Assembly: GCA_038217285.1 (NCBI GenBank)
Contig: JBBQPO010000063.1
Coordinates: 1-23,448 of the forward strand
DNA: 23,448 nt
Direction: 5' to 3'
Source of the DNA: Chthonomonadales bacterium
GTDB lineage: Bacteria; Armatimonadota; Chthonomonadetes; Chthonomonadales; Chthonomonadaceae
A program made the translations under genes and the position numbers. The stretch's first letter is position 1; every line of letters begins with the position of its first letter. The notes beneath the pieces are model-generated. The model made no database searches and was not told the DNA's origin. It was given only the letters and a program-made list of their open reading frames with translations. This document shows positions 1 to 9,612 of the stretch, one piece after another.

Positions 1-1656
1 CGGCGGCTTCCCTCCCTTCGCATAGGTCGCGACATGCTGGTACTCCGGCTGCGCGATCCAGGTTCCCCACATCCCTCCGCGCAGATTCACCGCTCCGTAC
101 CGGTAGTACGGGACAAGATGATTGTACCAGCCCACCATCAGCCCGAGACCGATCGCCAGACAGAGCGCCACCGCCAGACGGCGCGGGTTGATCTTCGCGC
201 GTTTCCCCAGCTCCATGCTCTCCAACTGATAGCCCGTCATCGCCGGGTAGTAACCGCGGGCGAGAAACGTAAACAGCGCCCAGACCGGCAGGGTGGACGC
301 CCCGCTGGCCTGGAAGGGAGCGGTTCCGAAGGTGTAGAGCAGCATATTCTTCTGCATATAGTAGGGGAAGAGCCAGACCAGCGGTACGCCCGCCTCCGCG
401 CGCAGCCGTCCATAGACCAGCGCCACGGCCAGCACCATCACGATATAGACGAGCGCGACCCACGCCGCCATCCCCGCGAGCGTCATGAAGAGCCAGACGG
501 TCAAAAAGCCGACGATCAGCCCCACGAACGCCCACCGATAGCGAATGCCTTCCGGCCCTGCGGTCTCATTATCGCTCCAGGCCTGCCGCCAGATACGCTT
601 CAGATAGGCCCGCGAGAGCCAGAGCAGCATGGCGAACAGCGTCAGATAGGCGCCGATGCCCTGCTCCTGCGCCATCGGCAGCGTGCCGGGCGTCGCGCCC
701 GACGCCACCCCCACCACCGCCGCAAGTTTCATGAGAAAGAAGGAGAGCCAGACGGTCAGGCTGATCTCCGTCGAGACCAGATAGCCGAGCCCGACCAGCT
801 CCGGGCGAAAATGGAAGTGCAGGGGGGCCAACTCGCTTAAGGGCGGGACGGTGAACAGCGGGGAGAGATCGACCTCCTTGCCGAACGCCGGGAAGGAGGG
901 ACTGAGGGCGTGGGCGATATTGACCAGATTGTAGGCCGCGGCGAGGCCGAACCCGGCCCACATCAGCCGGTTGCGGAAAAAGGGCGTGCGCCCGCTCTCC
1001 CCACCCGTCATCTCCAGGGGAATCAGCACCTGCGGGAAGGTCAGCCGCTCCTCGTCTGCCCAGGCCCGATAGAAGAGCGCCATCATGCAGTAGAGCGTGA
1101 TCCACAGGGCCATAAAGAAGAGCAGCCACATCGCGGCTGGCAGCAGCCAGAGATGCCAGGGAACGGTTCCGGCCGGGTTGCGCTCGTAGATCTGGCGTAT
1201 AGCTTCGGGATCGTGCGGCACCAGCCACGTCGGCAGGAACGGCTGCGAATAAGGGATCCCATCGGTCTTGAAATAGAAGGCTGCGGTCATCAGCGCGAAC
1301 AGAAACTGCGTGATGCCGACCCCCATCATGGTGCTGCTGATGGTCACGAACAGAAAGATGATGAGGATCTCGCCGCGCGACAGCGGCCGGACACGCGGCA
1401 GCCGTTTGAGCAGCGCATTCAGCGGTAGCAGCAGCACCAGCGAGGCCAGCCCCGGAATGGCCGGGATGCTCTCCGACACCTGCGTCGCCAGCGCGACGAT
1501 CTCCGACTGCCGTACCCACAACCCCGCCAGCAGCGTCAATATCACGGCGATCAACAGCGAACGCCCGGTCAGCCCCGGATCCAGCGGAGGTTTTGTCTCT
1601 TCCCCCGCCGACGCCTCCGAAACGACCGTTCCCTCCTTGATCACCGATCTTGCCAC
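1..1656 (-). CDS. Polytopic membrane protein, DUF6785/DUF6784-like putative transporter; 3'-partial (runs off the window)
   Basis: Absent from the ORF track because it has no stop in the window. Hand translation of both ends in one frame from GTG 1656 (RBS AGGAGG): MARSVIKEG...LTGRSLLIAVILTLLAGLWVRQSEIV...RPLSRGEILIIFLFV...ERLTFPQVLIPLEM...WIAQPEYQHVATYAKGGKPP. Many hydrophobic segments. Family recognised from motif style. Confidence 0.8.
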   Translation of the reverse strand, partial: MARSVIKEGTVVSEASAGEETKPPLDPGLTGRSLLIAVILTLLAGLWVRQSEIVALATQVSESIPAIPGLASLVLLLPLNALLKRLPRVRPLSRGEILIIFLFVTISSTMMGVGITQFLFALMTAAFYFKTDGIPYSQPFLPTWLVPHDPEAIRQIYERNPAGTVPWHLWLLPAAMWLLFFMALWITLYCMMALFYRAWADEERLTFPQVLIPLEMTGGESGRTPFFRNRLMWAGFGLAAAYNLVNIAHALSPSFPAFGKEVDLSPLFTVPPLSELAPLHFHFRPELVGLGYLVSTEISLTVWLSFFLMKLAAVVGVASGATPGTLPMAQEQGIGAYLTLFAMLLWLSRAYLKRIWRQAWSDNETAGPEGIRYRWAFVGLIVGFLTVWLFMTLAGMAAWVALVYIVMVLAVALVYGRLRAEAGVPLVWLFPYYMQKNMLLYTFGTAPFQASGASTLPVWALFTFLARGYYPAMTGYQLESMELGKRAKINPRRLAVALCLAIGLGLMVGWYNHLVPYYRYGAVNLRGGMWGTWIAQPEYQHVATYAKGGKPP

Positions 1657-1693
1657 TTCTCCTCCTGTCTCCCTCCTCGCTCGTCTGCCCTCC

Positions 1694-1723
1694 AGTATGA
1701 CGATTCGACCCGTCGCCTGTCAA
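1694..1723 (-). promoter_or_regulatory. Sigma70-type promoter for the membrane protein gene
   Basis: Minus strand TTGACA-N18-CATACT about 40 bp upstream of GTG 1656. Confidence 0.6.
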
Positions 1724-1851
1724 CCGCAAAAACTTTATTCGCACGAGGAAGCGAACTACCTGAAAAGTTTCAAGAAGAAGATTTTTTTGTAGGCAGTTCG
1801 CTGCTCGTTTTTTCTCTTGCTCCGGGTGCGAGAGCCAACGATGGATCAGGA

Positions 1852-3462
1852 TCAGCGCAGGGATTTGAACTGAATCGTACTACCGTTGTTTACATTTTCT
1901 TTCCCCATGATGATCACGTCTTCGTTCCCTGTCAGACCGCTGACGATCTCGACCCATTGCGCTCCCTCGAATCCGCTCTGCACACTGACCTTTTTGGCCT
2001 TACTGCCCTCGACGACGAAGATCGAACGTTTGTCTTTCTCAACGACGACGGCGCTGGTCGGCACGGTGAGGGTGTTCTTGTGCGCTTGCAGCGCAAGAGT
2101 CACTTTCACCAACATCCCTGATTGAAGCAGATGCTTATGGTTCGGCACGTCGATCTCCGCCGACAGCGTGCGAGTCGCGGGATCGATCGCGCCAGAGGTG
2201 CGTGTCACGCGCGCCTGCAACATCTTGCCGAATAAGGCATCCGAGAGGAGGGTCGCCTGCGTGCCGGGAGAGACGAAGCCTGCCTCGGCCTCCGGAATCT
2301 GGATCGTAATACGTACCGTCTCTGCGTCGATGAGTTCCAGAACCGGTTTCGTAGTTCCCTGCGCGCTATTGACGGCGCTTTGCGCCAGTGCGCCTGGATC
2401 GAGATAGCGTTGCGTGATCGTTCCGGAGAAGGGAGCACGCAACTCCTTATAAGCCAACATGCCTGCAACCCGACGTGCGGCCTGCTGACTGGCCTGGCTC
2501 TGAAATTCGGCGCTCCGTCCCTGCGCATCCACAACACCGATCCCGCTTTTGGCCGAGGCGCTCTGCGCCCGCATTGTCTCGACCTGCTTCTGGGCAGCGA
2601 CAGCCTGCGCTTTTGCCGTCGTAATGGCGCTCTCCGAGGCAATGTCGCGACTCTGCTCCGCCTTCGTGCTCTGTTGTGCTGCCGCAAACTCCTGCTTCGC
2701 CAGTTCCACGCCCTGTTCTGCCACCAGAACTTTGCTTTCGCTCTGTTGCATCCGATTCTGCGCGATATCCAGATCCTGACGCGCCAACAGCCCCGGATCT
2801 CGGTCAAAGACCCGCTTCAGACGGTCGTACATTTTCCGTTGGAGCGACTGTTCCGTCTGCGCCTGGACAAGCGCCATCTTCGCCTGCGCACCCGCTATGC
2901 TTGCAGCCTGTTCTTGATTGATAGATTTCTGAACGTCCGCCGCAGCGACTGCACGATCCGCCTGTGCCTTCGCAATCTGCGTCTGCCACGTGAGAGCATC
3001 GGCCTTCGCCTTCGCGACTGCGGCCTGCGTCTCCCGATATTCGTTCACCGAACGCGCATGTCCGGCAAGAGTTCCTTCCGAGAGCGCACGCACTCCCTGC
3101 GCCGTCTCCTGGGCCTGTGCCGCCTCCTGCTGCATCTCCGGGGAGTCGATCGTCGCGAGGAGTTGCCCCACTTTTACCCTATCGCCTTTATCTACCGAAA
3201 CCGAGTGCAGATAACCTGCGACCTTGGCGTAGAGCATCACCTTCTGAAACGGCTCGACGGTTCCCGGCAGTTTGATCGTGCGATCCACCGTGCGCCGCTC
3301 TGGCTTTGCGACCTGCACTACAGGCGCCTCCACCGTCATGATAGTCGGCTCAGGACGCACGTTGCCACAGCCTACAACACTCCCCACCAGAGCACTGCTC
3401 AGGCCACAGAAGAGGCAATAACGAAACGTACGCCCTGCATTTTCTGTCTTCCTCTGTCTCAT
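1852..3462 (-). CDS. RND efflux periplasmic adaptor (membrane fusion protein), probable lipoprotein, with very long alpha-hairpin
   Basis: Lipobox-like VVGC; lipoyl halves AKVAGYLHSVSVDKGDRVKVGQLL and LRAPFSGTITQR; IDPATRT and C-terminal GLTGNEDVI motifs; ATGA overlap with the RND gene. Confidence 0.93.
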   Translation of the reverse strand: MRQRKTENAGRTFRYCLFCGLSSALVGSVVGCGNVRPEPTIMTVEAPVVQVAKPERRTVDRTIKLPGTVEPFQKVMLYAKVAGYLHSVSVDKGDRVKVGQLLATIDSPEMQQEAAQAQETAQGVRALSEGTLAGHARSVNEYRETQAAVAKAKADALTWQTQIAKAQADRAVAAADVQKSINQEQAASIAGAQAKMALVQAQTEQSLQRKMYDRLKRVFDRDPGLLARQDLDIAQNRMQQSESKVLVAEQGVELAKQEFAAAQQSTKAEQSRDIASESAITTAKAQAVAAQKQVETMRAQSASAKSGIGVVDAQGRSAEFQSQASQQAARRVAGMLAYKELRAPFSGTITQRYLDPGALAQSAVNSAQGTTKPVLELIDAETVRITIQIPEAEAGFVSPGTQATLLSDALFGKMLQARVTRTSGAIDPATRTLSAEIDVPNHKHLLQSGMLVKVTLALQAHKNTLTVPTSAVVVEKDKRSIFVVEGSKAKKVSVQSGFEGAQWVEIVSGLTGNEDVIIMGKENVNNGSTIQFKSLR

Positions 3463-6400
3463 TCGGATGCGTCCTCCAGCACTGGTGCGGTGCGTTTCAA
3501 GTAACTGTAGAGAATAGGGAGTAGGAACAACTTGACCAGGGTGGACACGAGCAGTCCGCCGATGACGGCACGCGCCAGCGGCATGTTCGCCTCGCCGGAG
3601 CGGAGCGCCATCGGGATCAGGCCGAGGATCGCCGCCAGCGAGGTCATCAGGATCGGGCGCAGGCGGACACGCGCCGCCTCCATGACCGCATCGCGCGGCG
3701 TCAATCCCTCCGCCAAGCGCTGATTGGCAAAGTCCACGATGAGCACACTATAAGATACCGTCAAGCCGACGACCATGATCACACCCAGCAGCGACTGGAT
3801 ATTGAGCGTTGTGCCCGTCAGCCAGAGGATCAGCGTCACTCCAATGAGGCCAGGCGGCACGGAGAACATGACGATGAAAGGGTCGATGAAGGAGCGGAAC
3901 TGCGCCACCAGCACCAGATAGACCAGCAGCACCGCCAGGCCGAACCCAAAGGCCAGACTGCCGAACGACTCCTGCATACTGGAGATCTCACCACGCAGGT
4001 TGACGGTATAGCCTTCCGGCAGTTGCAGACGACTCAGCACACGCTGCGCTTCGCGGGAGACGGCGCCGATGTCGCGGCCACGTACATTGGCGTAGATGTC
4101 GGTGACACGCCGGATATTGACATGGTTGACTTCGACGGGCGCTTTACCGGTCCCCATCGTCGCGATGTTCCGCAACGGAATCGCCGTCTTCTGGGTTTTG
4201 CTTGTGATGGGGATGTCCGCGATGGTGTCTCGCGAATTAATGTCCTTTTCGCGATAGGTCGCGCCGATGAAGTAGTGATTGCCGGACTTCTCATCGATCC
4301 AGAAGGAGGGCAGGAACGTCGTGCTGGAGTTGAGCGCCGTCACGACGTTCTTGACGACATCGTCCTGCGTAAGCCCAATAGAGGCGGCGCGGGTGCGGTC
4401 TACATTGAGGCTTATCTGCGGATAGTCGAGTTTCTGCTGGATCCGCACATCGACTGCGCCCGGAATCTGCGCGATATGCTCCCGAACGACCTCCGCGATC
4501 TTGTGCGCCGTCTCCAGACTCGCCCCCTCCACCTGAATGTCGATCGGAGAGGGCAGTCCATAGTTCAGAGCCGACGAAACCAGTCCGCCCGTATCAAAGG
4601 CGAACTGCGCGCCGGGAACCTGCTGCGGAAGCGAGCGGCGCAGCAGATCGGCGTACTCCTGCGCGCTCTTGCCGTGCGTCTCCTTCAACTGTACTAAAAC
4701 GAAGGCGTCATGTGGCCCGGCGTTGGGCGTATAGGCAGCGGGCCAGTCGTAGAGCAGGCCGACATTGGCGACGACCATCTTCAGGTCCGAAGCGGGCACT
4801 GTGCGACGCACCACGTCCTCCACCTGTCGGGCGGTCTCCTCCGTCTTCTCCATCCGTGTCCCAGAGGGCGCACGCACCAGCACCATGAACTGCCCACTGT
4901 CTATCTGAGGGAACAGCTCCTGTCCCAGCAGTGGCAGGATCAGCAGCGAAAGCCCGAACGCGAAAGCGACTCCTGCCAGCGTCAGCAGACGGTGGCCCAT
5001 CGCCAGGGCGAGCATACGTACATAGCCGCGCTGAAAGGCGTCGAAACCGCGCTCGAACAGGCTCTTGCGCGGCGGCGCGTGCCCAACAGGAGGCGCTTTG
5101 AGAAAGCGGGCGCAGGCGGCGGGCACCACGAGCATCGAGAGCAGATAAGAGGCTGCCAGGGCAAAGATGACCGCCAGCGACAGGGGGGTGAATAGGAATT
5201 TGCCGATGCCTGTCAGAAAGACGACCGGTGCGAATACGATACAGATGGTGAGCGTGGCGACCAGGACAGGAACGGCGACTTCCAGTGCGCCGTCCCGCGC
5301 TGCCTGACGCGCCGACTTGCCCATCTCCAGATGCCGGAACGTATTCTCAATGACGACGATGCCGTTGTCCATCAGCATTCCGGTCGCCAGCGCCAGCCCG
5401 CCCAGCGTCATCGCATTGATGGTCTGGCCGGTAAAGGAGAGCGCGATAAAGGCGGCGAGCACCGATAGCGGCAACGAGACCGCGATGATGAGTGTGGAGC
5501 GAACGCTGCCGAGAAAGAGCAGGATCATCGCCGCTGCCAGCACCGCGCCGAGGATGCCTTCCTTCTCCAGACTGGAGATCGCCTCTCGGACGTAGATCGA
5601 TTGATCTACGATGACGTCCATCCGGATCTGTTTGCCACTGGTTACCCGCTGCTGGATTCCCGGTATCGCGGCCTTGATGCCGTCTACGACCTGAATCGTG
5701 TTCGCGCCCGGTTGCCGATAGATGGGGATATAGACGGCGCGCTTGCCGCCGACATGCACCGCGTTGGTTTGGATCGCATACGAGTCTTTGGCTTCGCCCA
5801 CGTCCCGCACAAAGATCGGCTTGCCGTTTTCGTACTTGATTGGAATGTCGTTGAGGGCCTTGACGTTGGGCACCATCGCGTTGCTGACGATCTGATAGTC
5901 GTAGTCGCCGATCTTGGCGTCTCCCGTCGGAATCATGACATTCTGGCCCCGTACAGCGTTCACCACGTCCATCGGGGAGAGTCCGCGCGCTGCGAGTTTG
6001 TCTTTATCCACATAGATCATGATGCGCCGCAGACGCCCTCCGTAGACCGCAGGAGCGATGACGCCTGGCGTGCCGGAGAGCAGGTTACGCACCTGGAAAT
6101 AGGCCACATCGTAGAGGGCGGTCTCGTCCAGGGTGTCGCTGGAGAGGGCGAGCAGACAGAGTGGCTGCGAGGCGGTCGGATCGAAGGGCATGACCATCGG
6201 AGGAATCGTGCCCGGCGGCAAGTAGTAGAGATCGGACATCGCCAGTGACGAGACCTGCGCCAGAGCGGCGTTTGGGTCTATATCCGACCGAAAATAGTCC
6301 TTGACGACGCTGACGCCGATGAGGGAGCGCGACTCCTGTCGCGAGATGCCGCTTGCCTGACTCGTCCAGCGTTCCAGACGGTTGGAGATATCCCGCTCCA

Positions 6401-6575
6401 CGACATCGGTCGGCATGCCGGGATAGAGGGTAAGGATCTGGACGGCAGGCGTCTTGAACTGTGGCAGAATGTCCACAGGGATATTTCCCAGTGTCGTCAT
6501 TCCAATGACGAGAATTGCCAGACAGAGGACGATAACCGCGTAAGGATTGCGAAGGGCGAGGCGCACCAGTCCCAT
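3459..6575 (-). CDS. RND efflux permease subunit (AcrB/CusA superfamily)
   Basis: 1038 aa; N-terminal ALRNP, TM4 GMLMDNGIVVIEN, C-terminal RLRPILMTS and PLARAVIGGL; RBS AGGAG. Confidence 0.96.
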   Translation of the reverse strand: MGLVRLALRNPYAVIVLCLAILVIGMTTLGNIPVDILPQFKTPAVQILTLYPGMPTDVVERDISNRLERWTSQASGISRQESRSLIGVSVVKDYFRSDIDPNAALAQVSSLAMSDLYYLPPGTIPPMVMPFDPTASQPLCLLALSSDTLDETALYDVAYFQVRNLLSGTPGVIAPAVYGGRLRRIMIYVDKDKLAARGLSPMDVVNAVRGQNVMIPTGDAKIGDYDYQIVSNAMVPNVKALNDIPIKYENGKPIFVRDVGEAKDSYAIQTNAVHVGGKRAVYIPIYRQPGANTIQVVDGIKAAIPGIQQRVTSGKQIRMDVIVDQSIYVREAISSLEKEGILGAVLAAAMILLFLGSVRSTLIIAVSLPLSVLAAFIALSFTGQTINAMTLGGLALATGMLMDNGIVVIENTFRHLEMGKSARQAARDGALEVAVPVLVATLTICIVFAPVVFLTGIGKFLFTPLSLAVIFALAASYLLSMLVVPAACARFLKAPPVGHAPPRKSLFERGFDAFQRGYVRMLALAMGHRLLTLAGVAFAFGLSLLILPLLGQELFPQIDSGQFMVLVRAPSGTRMEKTEETARQVEDVVRRTVPASDLKMVVANVGLLYDWPAAYTPNAGPHDAFVLVQLKETHGKSAQEYADLLRRSLPQQVPGAQFAFDTGGLVSSALNYGLPSPIDIQVEGASLETAHKIAEVVREHIAQIPGAVDVRIQQKLDYPQISLNVDRTRAASIGLTQDDVVKNVVTALNSSTTFLPSFWIDEKSGNHYFIGATYREKDINSRDTIADIPITSKTQKTAIPLRNIATMGTGKAPVEVNHVNIRRVTDIYANVRGRDIGAVSREAQRVLSRLQLPEGYTVNLRGEISSMQESFGSLAFGFGLAVLLVYLVLVAQFRSFIDPFIVMFSVPPGLIGVTLILWLTGTTLNIQSLLGVIMVVGLTVSYSVLIVDFANQRLAEGLTPRDAVMEAARVRLRPILMTSLAAILGLIPMALRSGEANMPLARAVIGGLLVSTLVKLFLLPILYSYLKRTAPVLEDASE

Positions 6576-6604
6576 AGTGTGTGGGCTCCTTGCTAGCTGG
6601 AGGG

Positions 6605-8014
6605 CTATTTATGCGGAGGCAGTTTAGGGCTGCCTACTTCGAGAGGAAGCAGAGTTCCGAGGGCGTAACGCAGCGCCGCCTGCGCCACAACAGTTTCGTA
6701 GCGCAAACGGGTGGCGCGCTCGTCGGCGGTTAGGAAGGCCAGTTGCGCCTGTTGCAGTTCCAGAAAGTTGCCCAGCCCTTCCTGATACCGATCCGTTGCC
6801 AGACGCAGGCTGTCCTGCGCCTGCCGTAGCTGCTCCGCGACCGCCTGACGACTCTGGGCGAGGGAGGTCAATGTCAGTCGCGCCCGTGTCACCTGAAGCC
6901 GGATGGTCTGCGCCTGCTCTTCCCGCAGGGCGCGTAATGCCGCCGCCTGATGCCAGGCATCCGCGATCTCCGCCTGCACTTGCCCCCCGGTATAGAGCGG
7001 AACGGAGAGGCCAAGGCCGATCGCGTACTCGTGGTTATCCCCGAACTGTCCCGGCGCGACATTCAGGTATCCGGCGCTCGCCAGCCCGCGCAGAACCGGC
7101 ATCTCTCCGGTTCTGGCAGCGCGAATGGTCTCTTCAGCGGCGCGTACTTGCGCGTCCACGCTCTTCATCTCCGCCCGTTGCGTAAGCGCCAGAGCGATCT
7201 CCTGTTCCGGTTTGGAAGACAGGACAGCATCGGTCGGAAGGTTTGTGGGATTCTCTTCCAGCGTATAGGTTTCGGCTCCCGCAGGCACGCCCATTGCAGC
7301 ATCCAGATCGGCAAACGCCTGTAACACGGCGTTCTGCGCGTTCACCAGCCCGACCTGCGCCTCTGCCAGTCCCACCTTCGCCAGTCCCACATCGACTCGC
7401 GAGGTCAGCCCCGCGTCGAACCGGGCCTGGGCCTGTTTCACGGTCAGTTCACGCGTCCTGATATTCTGCTGCGCCAACTGCACCTGCTTTTGCGCTAACA
7501 GCGCGTTGTTATAGCTCTGATAGACGCCCAGAACGACATAAGCTCGCTGTCCCTGCTCATCCGCCCCAGCAGAGAGGGCGGCGAAGCGACGTGAGCGGGT
7601 TTTGGCTAGGGTACGTCCGAAATCGTACAGGGTCTGGCTGAGCACCAGGCTCGCTCCGGTATGCCGCGTGACCGTAGAGTTCACCAGGCCGTTGAACCCA
7701 AATCCCGGAGCGCCCGAAGGTCCATCCTTCTCTACGGCTTCGAGAGTCAGGCGCGGGAGGAAACTGCTGGCCTCCGCTTTCTCTCTCGATTCTGCCGCCT
7801 GATGCGTCTCGTTCAGCCGGGTGAGGCTGGGATGCTTTTGCAGCGCCTGCCCGATCGCCTGTTTAAGCGTTAGCGAGAGAGGAGGGGAAGCAGCCCCCTC
7901 TGCCTCCGCAGAACAACTCCACAGACAACACAGCAAACAGGCAATAAAGACACGCACGCATTTCTCCTCTCGTATTGGACATCTCCGCCTGGTACCGACC
8001 TCAAAGTGAATCAT
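6605..8014 (-). CDS. TolC-family outer membrane efflux protein (alternative start GTG 7957 after GAGGAG)
   Basis: Signal peptide; LTLKQAIGQALQKHP, LSQTLYDFG, RFDAGLTSRVDV, LSVPLYTGG, RYQEGLGNFLEL motifs of OEP repeats. Confidence 0.93.
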   Translation of the reverse strand: MIHFEVGTRRRCPIREEKCVRVFIACLLCCLWSCSAEAEGAASPPLSLTLKQAIGQALQKHPSLTRLNETHQAAESREKAEASSFLPRLTLEAVEKDGPSGAPGFGFNGLVNSTVTRHTGASLVLSQTLYDFGRTLAKTRSRRFAALSAGADEQGQRAYVVLGVYQSYNNALLAQKQVQLAQQNIRTRELTVKQAQARFDAGLTSRVDVGLAKVGLAEAQVGLVNAQNAVLQAFADLDAAMGVPAGAETYTLEENPTNLPTDAVLSSKPEQEIALALTQRAEMKSVDAQVRAAEETIRAARTGEMPVLRGLASAGYLNVAPGQFGDNHEYAIGLGLSVPLYTGGQVQAEIADAWHQAAALRALREEQAQTIRLQVTRARLTLTSLAQSRQAVAEQLRQAQDSLRLATDRYQEGLGNFLELQQAQLAFLTADERATRLRYETVVAQAALRYALGTLLPLEVGSPKLPPHK

Positions 8015-8865
8015 AGAGTATCCCCTGCCTGACCGTTCGTTGCACTGCCGTTCAGATGCTGCGCCATTTCAGTCAGCTTCTCCGTCTGCAGTACCGACAC
8101 CATCACATACAGGCGATCCCCTGTACGCCATGCCAGCACATTGTATTTGCCGTCCGTACCATTCAGATAGCGTCTTCCCGCCACCACCTGCTCCGCCAGA
8201 CCAGGCAAGCGGCAGTGCGCGGCACGCAGTTCGTAGACGGATACGGGCAGATCCCCGACATGGTACATAAAGAAGGCGACAACCGCGCCGTCCAGCATAC
8301 AGCGGCGGCCGCCTAGCAGTTTCGCACCTGCCAGCGAAAGATCGACAGGCATCACCGCATAGCCGAACTGTGGGCTCAACGCGGCGGCGACGCGGATGGG
8401 ATCGTCTCCCTTCACCGCCACTTTGGCCGGATCCAGGACGAACTCTTCATGGTCACGGATCATGGACTGCACGCGTAGGGTCACGGTTGGAAGAAATGCA
8501 TGCGGCACAGAACGCCAGATCAAAAAAGTGAACATGGCAGCCGCTGCAGCCAGCCCCCAGACTGCCCACCGTCCTCGCCATAGAAATCGACGATCCCTCT
8601 GCCGCGACAATGCGATGTGCTGCGCCTGGCTGGACTGGATCGCCGCGAGCAGAACCGCAGGCGGTTCGTCTTCCTGTCCGCTCCCTGTCGCCTCATCCCG
8701 GAGTGTTGCGTCGAGGACGTCAGCGAGAGGCAGAAGCGCAGCATACTCGTTTAGGTCGGCAGGGGTACGCGCTACGAAATTGATGGTGGCAGGATCGTCT
8801 GCGGCGCGAATCTCTTCGATATATTTCCAAATTAGTTCGCCTGCTTCGTCTTCATGGCTTCCCAT
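8011..8865 (-). CDS. Single-pass transmembrane anti-sigma factor (ECF26/PrtR-like periplasmic domain)
   Basis: Starts just after the ECF sigma stop. N-terminal cytoplasmic region, one TM (WAVWGLAAAAAMFTFLIW), C-terminal LLGGRRC..AFFMY...VLAWR..LYVMVS pattern. ATG 8865 preferred to TTG 8886. Confidence 0.75.
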   Translation of the reverse strand: MGSHEDEAGELIWKYIEEIRAADDPATINFVARTPADLNEYAALLPLADVLDATLRDEATGSGQEDEPPAVLLAAIQSSQAQHIALSRQRDRRFLWRGRWAVWGLAAAAAMFTFLIWRSVPHAFLPTVTLRVQSMIRDHEEFVLDPAKVAVKGDDPIRVAAALSPQFGYAVMPVDLSLAGAKLLGGRRCMLDGAVVAFFMYHVGDLPVSVYELRAAHCRLPGLAEQVVAGRRYLNGTDGKYNVLAWRTGDRLYVMVSVLQTEKLTEMAQHLNGSATNGQAGDTL

Positions 8866-8869
8866 AGGC

Positions 8870-9469
8870 TTACTCGTCTTCCCCAATCAGCACAGGGGCA
8901 AAATAGCCCTGCCGGACTACGATGGTATGCAGCTTGCCCAGAGCACGATAGAGATGCGCCCGCACTGCGCCGACAGAGGGCTTTTCCAGGATCTGCATCA
9001 TATCGGTGCGTGACAGGTCGCGCTCAAAAGCGAGATAGAGGATCTCTTGATCCTCGTCGGACAGTTCTACCAGAGCATTCCGCACGGCCTGCCGTCTCTC
9101 TGCATCCAACATCAGTGTCAGGGGCAAGGCGGCAACGTCCGGAACGCCCTCGATGATCCCCTCCCTCTCTTCGGTAAAGGAGAGGATTGGAGAAGCGAGC
9201 AGCCGTTTCTGCTCGTTGATGATGAGGCGGCGACACAGCAGAAACAGATAGCCGAGGTAGCTGATACGCTCCCCAGTTCGGAAGGTATCGATGCTCTGAA
9301 AGGCACGGAGGAAGGTTTCGGAGGCGATGTCGCGGGCAGCCTCAGCGCTCCGCAACTGACGGCGCGCATAGGCTTCGATGCGACGATGATAACGGTGATA
9401 CAGTTCCAGAAACTGCTCCCGCTCCCCACGCTGCACACGCTCAATTATGACGTCATCGGATATTTGCAC
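8870..9469 (-). CDS. ECF (group 4) RNA polymerase sigma factor
   Basis: SDDVIIERVQRGEREQFLELYHRY, ARDIASETFLRAF (region 2), LSDEDQEILYL...AVRAHLYRALGKL (region 4). Confidence 0.92.
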   Translation of the reverse strand: MQISDDVIIERVQRGEREQFLELYHRYHRRIEAYARRQLRSAEAARDIASETFLRAFQSIDTFRTGERISYLGYLFLLCRRLIINEQKRLLASPILSFTEEREGIIEGVPDVAALPLTLMLDAERRQAVRNALVELSDEDQEILYLAFERDLSRTDMMQILEKPSVGAVRAHLYRALGKLHTIVVRQGYFAPVLIGEDE

Positions 9470-9551
9470 GTAGCCTTATTTTGTCCTCCAGAAGAGTCTA
9501 CAAGTGACATGCAAAAACGTGACGAGAAGAGTTGGCGGAGTAAATGCCAAA

Positions 9552-9592
9552 CGCAACGGCTCATCGCACAGATTGCGCGATGAGCCGTTGCG
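9552..9592 (-). terminator. Intrinsic terminator-like hairpin after the Met/Cys-rich gene
   Basis: Perfect 16-bp inverted repeat CGCAACGGCTCATCGC / GCGATGAGCCGTTGCG with 9-nt loop; followed on the minus strand by TTTGGCATTT. Confidence 0.7.
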
Positions 9593-9612
9593 AAAGACGC
9601 GTTTCCAGGCGC

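Noticed and set aside
34-1792. Track ORFs 34..840, 569..1744, 910..1428 and 1310..1792
   Set aside because: Shadow frames of the real minus-strand membrane protein gene (1656 to <1)
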